Part shown: positions 24,928-36,969 of the stretch, one piece after another | How the letters are laid out: every line of letters begins with the position of its first letter | Position numbering within the stretch: position 1 is the first letter of the stretch | From: Hormiphora californensis | Lineage: Eukaryota > Animalia > Ctenophora | Direction: 5' to 3' | Assembly: GCA_020137815.1 (NCBI GenBank) | Contig: CM035353.1 | Coordinates: 6,572,001 to 6,636,000 of the forward strand | DNA: 64,000 nucleotides | Translations under genes and position numbers: made by a program | Notes under the pieces: model-generated | Database searches by the model: none | Told to the model about the DNA's origin: nothing | The model's input: only the letters and a program-made list of their open reading frames with translations

Positions 24928-27900
24928 CCTCTCCCTCTCTTCTCTATTCTCTCTTTCCCTGTCTCCAAGTCGACGTGCCACTAGGGAGCCCAAATCTATC
25001 TAGCTATGGCAGCTATGTTTCCCTAAATAATAACAGCAGTACATATTGCAGCAGTAGCTTTCTATTTTAGCAGACACAAGATCTTATGTAGCACATTTTC
25101 AGACATTTTATTATTATTATTTGTTTTCTAAAAGCCAAAAAAAGCCAGATCAATCCTGGATTTCAGGGCGGGTTTGGCTTTTTTGGTCCCCTCCATAATA
25201 CATTGTACCCTTAACCAGTACGAGTTACCTGCCATGTAGACCGTTTGGCGGAATTGATGTTAGATAATTCTTGAGGCTCCCCCTTTCGTAGTACCGCAGG
25301 TAGAAATATCCTGGACCTGAAATGAGACGCATACTAAACTGTCGCGGTCGAACCTTGAAAAACTCAGCTTACTCCTCCCTATAATAGTAGTTCAATATAG
25401 CGGTCTTTCTATATATAGGGTCGAGCCTTGTAAAACTCAGCTTACTCCTCCCTATAATAGTAGTTCAATATAGCGGCAGCTCCTTCACTAGCTGACATTC
25501 TTGTCAAATTATGAGTTATTATGAGTTCCCTCTGCTGTCCTTGGGGCTTTTCTGTTAGTACCTATAATATGTTCAAAGGGGGGGGGGGGGCGGGGGGTGT
25601 ACTCCTGTCGGAGACTTCCAACCCCCCCCCTTTGATTTACCTATAACGAGTTCCTCCTGGTAACCCTATCTATAGTGTCTTTTAATGTGCTTTGATGCTG
25701 AATTATTCAGTATCGAAGCTATTCAGTGAATAGTTGAAGATATATATACCCTGCTAACTTAAATAATGCGCCAGTGGCGAGAAGTCCCACTAGCGCGCTC
25801 TCAGTAAACAGCCAGTCCAGCGGCAGATTATTTCCCACTGGCAGGTTATCTATTTTTAACTCCTACGTAACATTCAAAGTGTGTGTAAATGATCAGTTCT
25901 TACTAAAATACAGAGGGAACACTATGTGCAACACTTACACACTACATTGGAGAGAAAGAAAGGACACATTCCGTCAATTACTCTCTCTTTGTCTCCCCTT
26001 TTGTCTCACTATCTCTTTCTCTGTGTTATTTGTGACATGCCCCTTATCAGGTTATTTCTTTCACTCTCTTTCCTTAGCAACTGCTTAGTAACTGTTACCA
26101 AACAGTGTACACTCAATTGTGACGTGTTTTTAACTATTTCTCAGTTCTCTTTGTGTGTTTTGATTAGTGTTCTCTCTCTTGTTGGTGTGTAATACTTGAA
26201 ATAAACAACTAAAGCAGGGTATATAACCCATAAACTCTGACCACTGGCACGTTATAGGTTTAAACCCCTCCGCCTCTCCCTCGGCTCCGCCTCGGGATCG
26301 TCGTCGTGATTTAAATAGTACATAACTCCCTCCCGCGCGGGCATCTATTCAATAGACGCACTGCAGAGCAGTGCGTCTATTGAGCTGTAATGCACGGGTC
26401 CCGAAGGGACCCGTGCGTTACAGCCCTGTAAATCCCGAGCGTCAGCGAGGGGTTTACAGGTATATCTGCACGCAAGGGAGGGAGTTGTGTTCTATAGACC
26501 CCGCTGGCGGGCACCTAGAAGCAAAACAAGCACAAATTAGGTGGTTTTCAAACAGAGAGCTCACACAAAACGGGTCAAACAGTTGGAAATGAAGCTACAG
26601 AGTGCCTCTCTACATTCATACACACTCGTAACAATCGTCGTAACAGTTTCAAAGGGTGGAATGCAGAGAGAGATTACAGTTAATTGTGGGTCATGAGCAA
26701 CAGTTGCAACAGACTGGCGGGCGCCAAATCTAGACAGAGAACGTTGTAGGTTGTACACACACTCCCTCTTGTGTTACCAAGTCATTTTATCGTGTTTCCA
26801 GTGATTATTTGTGATCTTTACACAAATCTGTCAGAGGGCGTGCGTCTATCGAGACACAAACTCACGGCAGTGCACGGCCCAATAGACCAGTGCAAATTGT
26901 TTGAGCGCGCCGTGCGTCTATTTCAGCCAGCGGGGTCTATACCAGTTTATCCGCCAGCGGCGGATAAACTCCAGCTAACTTCTCCCAGCGGCGCGCTGGG
27001 AGAAAGTTATCTGAAATAACGCGCCAGTGGCCAGAGTTTATGCCTCATATATATATATAATATGAATATATTGTCGAATAGAGCGTTCGCTTTATTGAAC
27101 GCATACTGTGCGTCACACAGTCACAAGATACTTAACGCTATTTAACTATAAAACAAATGGATTTAAATGTCTCGCATACTACACAATACATATATATTGA
27201 ACGCTCTTCTATTTAATTTTAAATAGTTTTTCGAACTGTTAGTTGAAAATCTCACATACATGTATGTGATATAACTAGTTGGATGTGCTAACCTCAGTTG
27301 TATCGTATACGCTCCGGTAGACGATTGTGGCGACCAAAGCGATGAAATCGAGTGTGCACCAAAACCCAAGAGTTTGTGGCTAAACTAAAGTAGTGGGATG
27401 GCTTTTTTTATTTCTAGGACTCTACAGACTAATGCACCGAGGAATTATTATCCAACCAGTTCCACAATTTGGTGCGTGGGAAGAACTCAACTTGCATTTT
27501 ATTTTGTTCAATATAATTGAGATATAAATTGAGACCCTGTCAGAGCATTGGCCTGACAGAATTGAGACCCGTAAATTGAGAATTTGATGTTAGAAAGAAA
27601 TTAAAAAGCTAAACTTGTTTATTTCTAGCAGTTTTATATCCCCATATTAATACCTTGGTCGATACAGTGTACAAGGGAGGGGTGGGGTCCCAGTAGAGAC
27701 ATCAACTTGTAAATTCCGGACTCCACTTGGAAGTTCCGATCGACAGCGTGCTCCTTTCGTACCATCATCTCAACACCTGTAGGAACAAGTAAACAACCAA
27801 TCAGAACTCGTTATTTAGGTCACGTGACTGGTTATCAGCCAATCAGGGACCAGTATTTCATGATTCGGTAGGTTCCTGCCGGTAATCGGGGTCCGACTGT

Positions 27901-29036
27901 ACATCATACTACTTACTAAGCAAATTGTGTAACGGTTGTCACCTAGCAACTACACTAGCACGTGCAATTATTTGAGGCACCTGGAGATCTCTCTCCCGGT
28001 TGCAGTTGGGCACCAAGGGGAAATTCAATTCTGCACGTGCATTCTTTTACTTCTGTCCTGATGTCTAGCTCTTCCACCCCAAGCGCTATTCGGCAACGTT
28101 TATCTAGATCCAGGAGAACTGCTGCTGTCAGGGAGCAGGCTAGAGAATATGACAGATTACGCCATCGTGTTCAAGCGAGCCAATCAACGACTACGGATAG
28201 CTTTACCCAACGTCGCCCAAGGGTGATTACTCCAGTCGAATCAGAAATCTCCGAATCGGCTACATAGCGGCCAAGTTTTTACGTGATGAGTTTCTGGAGC
28301 AGCACTGCACCTCCATGACATTGATCTTGCACCTTGACATTGTCAGGAAGCCCAGAGCGTACGCCGTACAACAACATGGGTAGGGAGAAAGGCTAGGAAC
28401 GGATGGTGCAGGTGATGTCAGCGTTCCCTAATCCAGCTACCATTTCCCCGAAATTCGCCCGTAGGGCGAACGGGCCTACTAGTTAAATATATCCGATAAC
28501 ATTGGTCGATTATAATGTTGTATGACGTCAGGAAATTTAGTAAAGAAAGCTGATTCTCTAGGAAGTGGTGGGACAATGAATGTTGAATTTTAATTGTTAT
28601 TGCATATCCATGTGGCGGGCGTCGTATATTGTACCGATAACCATCTTAATTGTTGCTTGATGTTGGATATATCAACTTTTGGAAGCCAACGCAACAATTC
28701 TCTTTATTCTTTAAAATCAACAAAGCATTGTCAGGAATTGTTGGGTAACAAGTCACGCACAGGGTATTACTTTGAATACAGACGAAAGAGTTCTCTCTTT
28801 ATACCAATTACTACCCTCGTTTATTTTTTTTTCGTATCCAAAAAAGAAACAAACTCTGCTCATTTCTTTGTTAGCCCTAACAGGGATTCACTGCAGCACA
28901 CGGGAGGGGTAGTCTAGGTTGTTCAAATTTATTGCTCATTGCTTCATTTTTTCTTACTAGCTTTTTTTGCCCTTCCTTCATCGGTTCTTCTGTTAGGGCG
29001 AGTTGAGAAAACATTTTACCCCTCCTTAGATTTGGG

Positions 29037-29102
<66 letters not shown>

Positions 29103-29168
29103 ACTTCGCCAATTAGTCGACAGCAACAGGCCTCACGTGACATGTGCAGACAGTGCAGAAGTGTGCGT

Positions 29169-29265
<97 letters not shown>

Positions 29266-32200
29266 ACAAGAAAACGGGAGAGTGTCTACCCGCAACTGAG
29301 AATGATTAAATTATTTTTTTTGGTTGCAAGTTCGTGCTGTCTTGACACAAACCAATGCCACTCCTTCCATTAAGTATGCTGCATTTTACTAGGACACACT
29401 ACTATAATGCAGCTAGGTGAATATATTACCCAGTTCGGCACCATATTGTTATACATTGGTTGCTACCCGGCTGTCCGAACTGGACACAACTTTGGTGAGC
29501 GCTGGAAATTGGAACTGAAAACTCATTTATCACAAAACTTAGCATACACCTCTGACAGTAATCAAGGGGGCTTGATTGGCAAAGTAAATGAAACTTATCA
29601 CTTTTCTAAATTTGTTAATGGTGTCCTTTCACACAAGTTAGGTGCGACTAATATATGCTGACCAACAACATCTCTATGTACTAGTATGTAGTGTGTTCTA
29701 CAAGCTACATGGGGTAGCTTTTATCACCTTTAATGCCCCCATGTCCTATATATTCTAATGTAGCCAAACATTTGTGTGAGTTTGACACAGCTCCCTAAAT
29801 TGGGGGGAGACACACTGAGGTTGGTCACGCGCGTTCAACTCTCAACCGCTCGAAACACACTGAAGTTCGAAGTTTCGCGGAAAAGTTCGAAGTTTCGCGA
29901 AAACCCGTTTTCGGCTGAGAAATCATTTGTAAGAGGCTTACTTATCTACTGGTACATCTCTCGAGGTGTCCTTTATCTATACCGAGTCAATTTCATCGTT
30001 TTTAAAATTTTTGGTGAATTGGGACAACTGTGACCGAATTAGCCAAAAATTTCAAAAACGGTGAAATTGACTCAGTATGGATAAAGGACACCTCGAGAGA
30101 TGTACCAGTAAATAAATTATGATTTCTCAGCCGAAAATGGGTTTTCGCAAAACTTCGAACTTCAAACTTCAGTGTGTGTCGCGAGGTTGAGATTTGAACG
30201 AGCGCGCCCAACTTCAGTGTGTCTCCCCCCATTGAGACACACCCTGTGATATGTTGCCATTATAGCCACTACTACAGTATATCAATACAATGTGTGCAGC
30301 TGTATTTACTATCCTATATTAAATAAACAATGCAGGGCGGTACAATAGAAAATACCTGTTGAACGCATCCTGCTATATATTGTAGCTAATTTTGCAGTGA
30401 TCTTAACCGCAATACTGTTTGGATACTGATGGAGCTATCGATTTAGCTCTCTCGGGACGAGAGGATTTCCTTGTTTAGATTGAGTTGTGCAGTCAAAGAT
30501 CGATATTGATTCTGAATACCTCTGATTTTTATTTTTTGTGCGTCACCCCAAACCTGTTATGTTCTAACCCTCCTTACCAGAAACAGAGCTAGTCAAGTCA
30601 AAACAATACCATACAGTTGATAATAACATACTATATTATTATTAACTCTATGGTATTGTTTTGACCGACTAGGCACTAAATAACAGCACCTAGTGACACA
30701 CAAAAAACTATATACAGTCGGACCCCGATTTAACGGCATCCTCGGGGGAAAGGGTTTTGTCCGTTAAATCGGGGTGTCCGCTAAATCGGGTTTCAAATAC
30801 TGTTAATTTCCTATATCGGGGGGAAGATTATGCTGCCGTTAAATCGGGGTGCCGCTAAATCGGGGTCCGACTGTATAGCACCAATCCCATGAAATGAAGC
30901 CACTCCTACCTCGACAAATCAGCGTTACGGTAGAAAACTTTCCAATCCGTAGTATTTTGATTGTCTCGTCAGTTGTAGGCCATGTTTTTTCTGCTGCTGC
31001 CACACTCATTACCGGGTCAGTATAAACCTTTGTTTCTTGACCGCATAGGTTCTTCTGTAGAGGGGGAGGGGCATATCAATAGTCACATTTACGCTTTTCA
31101 TTCTGTTTTGCGTTCTTGATAGCCGTGTATAATAATCGAACCGTCCAGGGTGCCATATATGATACACTTACATAGCAAAGACCGCTGCATATTCCCAGAA
31201 GTAGAATAAAGAGGCAGATAGTGCAAGGTAGGAGAAGGAATACGACCGAGTAGTTATCTGAAACTAATGGGTTGTGATTAGAGCTGCATTTAGTTGTTAT
31301 CTGAAACTAATGGGTTGTAATTAGAGCTGTTTAATTGTTGGGTTGTAATTAGAGCTGTTTTAGTTGTTATCTGAAACTAATGGGTTGTAATTAGAGCTGC
31401 ATTTAGTTGTAATCTGAAACTAATGGGTTGTAATTAGAGCTGTTTAGTTGTTATCTGAAACTAATGGATTGTAATTAGAGCTGCATTTAGTTGTTATCTG
31501 AAACTAATGGGTTGTAATTAGAGCTGTTTATAATAGTTGTTATCTGAAACTAATGGGTTGAAATTAGAGCTGTTTAGTTGTTGTCTGAAACTAATGGGTT
31601 GTAATTAGAGCTGCATTTAGTTGTTATCTGAAACTAATGGGTTGTAATTAGAGCTGCATTTAGTTGTTATCTGAAACTAATGGGTTGTAATTAGAGCTGC
31701 ATTTAGTTGGGAGCATTTGATGAAATAACTGGGTTGCTAATCAGGGATTTACCATCACATATTGATGGAATTGCTGGAATTTATATACTGATTATCAATG
31801 ATTTGACAACTTCCCCGAAACCCCGAAATCGCCCGCCGCTCTTCTTCTCTCCCCCATCCCCCTGATTATTGTCAGACATATAAAGACAATGAAGAAGAAA
31901 TTTTGGTCACGAAAAATGACGTAAGCTACTTAAAAAGATCGAAAGTTGTCATAATTTTCTGGTCACGTCTACCCAATTATTGTAGCCCCCCACCTTTAAA
32001 AGCTTGCAATATAATTATACCCTTACATTTAGAACCCGCTTCTTCTCTTTCTCCTCCTAGAGTGTTGAAGAACCATGTGGGCGTGGGTTCAACCAGCACT
32101 AAATCTACTTTTTCGGTAGAGCAGCTGGGGCCTCTACAATAGTGAGATGTCGTCATGTCTGAACCATGATCTCCAATATCAAGGTACACCCTCGTCTTAC

Positions 32201-35064
32201 TGGCCCTGTACAAAATGAGATTTCACAGATTATTTTTGGCATCTAATACCTTTCCGTCATGATCTCTCTAAAAAGTCAATATCATTATGTCACAATACAA
32301 TATATGTGAATGGGGGGCCATGGAGTCATTACCATTTAGGAGAGTGGATAACAGGATGTGCTGGTATGATTCTAGTATAGGCACTTTGAACGGACAGGTC
32401 TGCCTTTACAACACCCTTTTTAACCCATTTCACAACCAACCTGGGGGAAATCATGCGTTTTATACTAGCCTTGCTCGATCCTGACTTCACCCTACAACAA
32501 CACCTGCAGCTATACCATCACCCACCAATACCCAAGAAACAAGACAATACTGTGTACAAGACAGTAAATAAAATCACATCCCATGTATCCAATCCCGTCC
32601 GTAGGGCGGGTATTTCCCCTAGTATATTGTATACATCATACAACCCCAGCTTCTTCTGTTTGTTGTAAGTTATTGATTGCCTGCTCAGCAGGCTGTAACT
32701 ACTCTATACTCTTCTATTTCTAGGAGCTCTAGGATTCTATGAATTACTCCATTTTTTGTGCTCTTCGTCACACTCTGTCAAAGCGGGGCTATTATATTAC
32801 CAAATTTGAGTCATTTCCCCAAAGTTCTTGTCAAATTTGTCCAACTCTAGAGCAAAGCATACTTATAATGCATATATGTAATATGACGGAGTTTCTATAA
32901 ATACTATATAGTAAATACTTTCAAATATGAATACTTGATTTTTTGTTACATTGTTTAGTAATGGTATCTGAGCAAGATCGTCGACCGATTTTTGACCCCT
33001 ATTTTGGGCAACTTTTGTGATTTTACCACTGCCATTTGCATCATGTGATGCGAAGGAAAGGGTTACGGTTAACCATCCCTCTGCTACAATTTAATACGAA
33101 GTGCAATTGTTACAGTTAGTTGTGTGTTCTGACTGCTGCTCCACCATGTCTCATGTTTAGTGCTAATTAACGTACACACACCACCCTGACAGTGTCGACT
33201 CGTGCTAACCTGTCAAATTTACGCGTAACATTCCCTCGTGTTATATTAGTAGTGTAGTACATACTTGCTCGACCCTCTCTCACCCGGTATAAAATGTACT
33301 TGCAATAGTGGAAAGTCGTTAGCAGCCGGCTAACACTACATCTCTCTCCAGCCTTGTCGATGGCACTTTTCAGACTGTCTGTAAAACCTGATCCAGCTGT
33401 AGTCCTCTGTTCCTCACTATCAACATTCACAATCAGCGACTCAGTGCAGCTCCAGCAGGAAATGTTCCTTCTCAGATCTATAGAGAATATAATACAGTCA
33501 GACCCCGATTTACCAGAACTTTTTAGAGAATATGTATTGGTATAGGACCTTTTATCTATCTGCAGATAATAACTTCGATCTCTGCAAATAAATGTATATT
33601 TTGCTGTAATATAGTACAGCTAATGTTGTTAGGGATAACGTACAGTATTTCACTAGTGTGAGATTTCCTTGATTGGTAGTGTTAACCCATGTTACAACGA
33701 TTCCACTTGGCATCAATCCAACCTCCTTCATCATGCTCACCCTTTTGTCGGGCAATCCAACCAAATCTATTGGAGAATAAATGTGCTGTTACTCAACAAT
33801 GATAAATATGGATTGTACCTCCATATCTTTCTATTCTAATCCCCTGGTCAAAGGCATTTCGAGGGAATCTCATATCCATTATGGTGCATTAATTTTTAAA
33901 AAAGATCGGATTGACGGAGTGCTTTCGATATACTCCATTTTTCTTTACGAAAATCCTCTAAATATAGCTCAACCCTTTTACCAATAACTCTTAAAAGGGT
34001 GCTAGAAGAAGACATTTTTGTTTTATTAAATAATTTTAGAACTGTAGAGTTTTTAAAATCACGGACAGAATGCTTTTACTGATTTTTTTGTAACAAGTAA
34101 ATTTATAGTTCCCCTTAATTTTCTGGAGCGACTGGAGTGGCAAAAAGTTTTACTTTTTAAGTTAAGTCACACCCCAACACACTTGTTACAATTCTAACCC
34201 TACTTTACATTTGTAAAAGAAGGGTCGGAGCTTGCGAAAAGGGCCGGGGGTCGAGTTAGGCAATTGCTCACACTACATTTTATTGCTTTCTGTGAATGTT
34301 GATCGGCACTGACCTCTTTCCGGTCTCCGGGCTGATGGTCCACAGTTGAGTAGCCTGAAACTGTCATAACAATACCTGGCCTTCTCAGCTTGTACAACTG
34401 CACTGTTATTGTCCAGTACCCGTACTACCTTAAAACCTTGCTCAGCCCTGCAAGTTATGTTGTATACAGGAACCGACCGAAACAAGTAAACAACCAATCA
34501 GAACTCGGTATTTAGGTCACGTGACTGGTTATCAGCCAATCAGGGACCAGTATTTCCTGATTCGGTCGGTTCCTGGTTGTATAACAGTCGGACCCCGATT
34601 TATACCCGGGATGCTCGGGGGAAAGGGTTTTGATTGTTATAAATCGGGGTAAAATACTCTTAATTTCCTAAATCGGGGGAAGTTTATCACCCCGGTAAAT
34701 CGGGGGGTCCGACTGTATATAATATGTTCATAGTAGTTTACTTACAATTTACTAGAGTTGCACCTGGTGGGTGTAACATCTGCAATGACATCACATTCCC
34801 GATCACTGGTATAACACTTCACACCTGCAAAAAAGGGTGTCATTGTCTCTCTCTCTATAGCATATATAATAGGGCCAGGGGGGGGGGGGGGGACAATAAT
34901 TTTACAACTTTTATCCGATTATGAGAGGATCTGAGGACGTTAAAAAGTACTGCACGATACATGTCGACCCTGTCAATGCCAATGCTTTGACAGGGATGAT
35001 ATGTATAATATGCTATGATTGTACCTTTGCCCATAAACAGTAAACACAGTACAGCACAGAACAT
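21932..35064 (-). CDS. TGF-beta-family type II receptor Ser/Thr kinase-like protein (BMPR2/ActRII-like), multi-exon
   Basis: Signal peptide MFCAVLCLLFMGKG (35064); Cys-rich ectodomain exons (~34.8, 34.4, 33.7, 33.4, 32.4, 32.1 kb); TM exon 31257-31173 VVFLLLPCTICLFILLLGICSGLCY. Kinase exons: ~31056-30909 (LRIGKFSTV), 27776-27655, 25316-25230 (YYEKGSLKNYL), 24500-24411, 24276-24154 (LAHRDVKTGNFLV..GDFD), 23819-23684 (VGTSLYMSPELL..DLYSTGAVLWEV), 22433-22309, 22207-21932 (DYDSESRISAHCAYNRL). No GS box. Confidence 0.85.
22420..23683 (-). repeat. 35-bp tandem array forming an entire intron (22434-23683)
   Basis: On the sense strand: GTACAGCATGACACCCTCCATTCAG (25 nt) plus 35 x GTCGGTATACCCACAACATGACACCCTCCATTCAG = 1250 nt. 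Confidence 0.95.
26229..27042. mobile_element. Non-autonomous DNA element with ~27-bp (sub)terminal inverted repeats and internal GC hairpins
   Basis: CATAAACTCTGACCACTGGCACGTTAT / ATAACGCGCCAGTGGCCAGAGTTTATG, with internal palindromes such as GCACGGGTCCCGAAGGGACCCGTGC. A related fragment lies at ~25762-25850. Confidence 0.7.
27781..27878. mobile_element. About 100-bp hAT-like MITE, copy 1 (left TIR partly deleted)
   Basis: Near-identical to the copies at 34468 and 49848. Confidence 0.8.
28457..28483 (+). mobile_element. Helitron-like 3' terminus
   Basis: Hairpin GCCCGT-AGGGCGA-ACGGGC followed by CTA-CTAG|T. The 5' end was not located. Confidence 0.55.
29802..30230. mobile_element. About 430-bp foldback MITE with 3-bp ATT TSD
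   Basis: att|GGGGGGAGACACACTGA ... TCAGTGTGTCTCCCCCC|att; palindromic throughout. Confidence 0.85.
30715..30873. mobile_element. Tc1/mariner-pogo (Tigger-like) MITE with TA TSD
   Basis: ta|CAGTCGGACCCCGATTTA ... TAAATCGGGGTCCGACTG|ta. Second copy at ~34585-34715; single ends at ~27885-27900 and ~33495-33513. Confidence 0.85.
31251..31708 (-). repeat. About 43-bp intronic tandem array containing 10 copies of the acceptor junction of the receptor's TM exon
   Basis: Sense unit AAATGCAGCTCTAATTACAACCCATTAGTTTCAG|ATAACAACT; the real exon starts TTTCAG|ATAACTACT at 31257. Confidence 0.9.
32594..32623 (+). mobile_element. Helitron-like 3' terminus
   Basis: Hairpin CCCGTCC-GTA-GGGCGGG, 8 nt, then CTAG|T. 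It shares the CCGTAGGGCG core with the end at 28457. Confidence 0.55.
34467..34575. mobile_element. About 108-bp hAT-like MITE, copy 2, with 8-bp TSD
   Basis: gttgtata|CAGGAACCGACCGAA ... TTCGGTCGGTTCCTG|gttgtata. Confidence 0.85.
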
Positions 35065-36969
35065 GATGTCAAATAAGAGCTAATATTTTGTCCCCATTAT
35101 ATGCATCCCCTCTCCACTCCTCCCTCTCTCCCCCCTCTCCTCTCCTTGGTGTTCAGACCACTACCCTACTCACCACCCAGATTGAACTGATTTAGGTTTT
35201 ACTGTGAGAGCCAGGGTAAGTGTCTATATATATGCCATAAGATGTATTATATAGCTGTCCAGTTTCCAATGATGATATGGCGCCACTAACCAACTTTAGT
35301 AATGTATCTTATCACCCTTCAAACTTAAAAGCTCATGATTAAAAGATCTTCAAATGTGCGACATATTGATATCATCTATAAATAAACCAACTATTTAACT
35401 TCACCACTTGTCAAACTCGAGATATAATTAGAGTGTCGCGAAATTTCGCGACACCCTGATTATATCTTGAGTTTTCTCGAAAGGATACATCCTTCACTTT
35501 AAGTTAACCATCCTATAAATAAGTAACTCTTTTATAAAATCACATGGTTAATGTACTGCGTATATTGATACGAACACATCGTTGGAATGCCTGGCGACAG
35601 TGCCCTCAGATCGCGATCGGGCCGCCAGATATGGTTAAGTCATTGGATTCATATTATGCCAAAATAATATGGCTTCAATCGCTTTTGGGATGGGATGTTG
35701 TTAGTGCAGTACATCAGTGTTGCTTGTAGTGGAGATACTGTATATAATGAATAACATTTTTCAAAAATTTTAAATAACCGCATCGGGTGTGAGTAAGGGG
35801 TTCGCGAAATCGCGACCTGACTAAATTTTCCCCATTATTAGAGCTCTTAAAGAAACAAAAGAAAGAGACCTCTAATGTTTTTTATTTGTTTTTTATCAAA
35901 AAACTGTACCACTGAATCTACATGAAAAAATTAACAAACATTTAAAACCCCCCCTAGTCTTATTATAATTTCCCTTTTAATTTTCCCTTCATTAAAATGT
36001 GCGGAAATTTGGGGTTTTGGCATAACCGGCACATATATTATTGTGACCACACATAATATATGTCATGTGGATTTATTTTGAATTCTAGAAACCTAGCGAG
36101 GGCATGTTAAACATGTTAATCCGCAGTGGCCATTCCCTCCCGATTATTCTTATTCAAGTTGTTTTAACTATCTCTACAATATCGCTTCCGCAACACACCT
36201 TTATTACACACTATACCATTTTGGTTGATTGACCACGCTCTCAGACTCCAGTTTAAAAATCTCTCTTCCCCCTTTCTTCTCTCTCTCCTCTCTCCTCTTC
36301 TCTCTCTCTCTCTCACTCTCTGATCTCTAGATGTCTCTCTCTCTGATCTCTCTCCTTCTTCTCTATATTGACATGATTGATCAATGTGGTTTTTTAATTT
36401 AAACCTACTACCCACGTTTCCTATGTTATTTTATAAACCTTTTTTGTCAGCAAAATCTTTTTGCCCCCACGCCCCTCACATCTTTTTAAACCTAAAACGC
36501 TTGTTATTTGTGTACCTATAGTTTCTCCCTCGTATAATAGTAATACCGTCGTTTCACCTATTTTTTGTTTGTTGAAAAAATGAAAACAGGGTTCGTATTA
36601 ATCTTTCTACTGAATCGCCTGTCTGGCACCGCGACCCAATCTACCGCCAGACAGTTAATTGCTCAATCCTGTTTTTATAAAAACAGGTACCAGTCTCATT
36701 TTGGAGAGAGATCTTCAGACTTTTGCAAGAAAAGAGCTCTTGATAGTTTATGATTTTTGACAAGTTTAACTTCCTTGACAAGCAAAAATGCCCGATTAAG
36801 CGACGTCTGGTATGTGTGCAGACGGACATGATAAGCTGTTATTTCAATTTGGACACGTAACTATCTAGTTTTATCATTTTATGCTCTTTATCCCATTTTT
36901 ATATCCTAGTTCAGATACAGTGTTAATTCCAATTGCGGTCAAAAAGTAGCTTAAATTACTTTTTGACCA

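Noticed and set aside
25333-25476. About 55-bp direct duplication with a GTAAG motif as extra kinase exons
   Set aside because: All minus-strand frames hit stops, and the kinase frame is continuous without it (27655 joins 25316).
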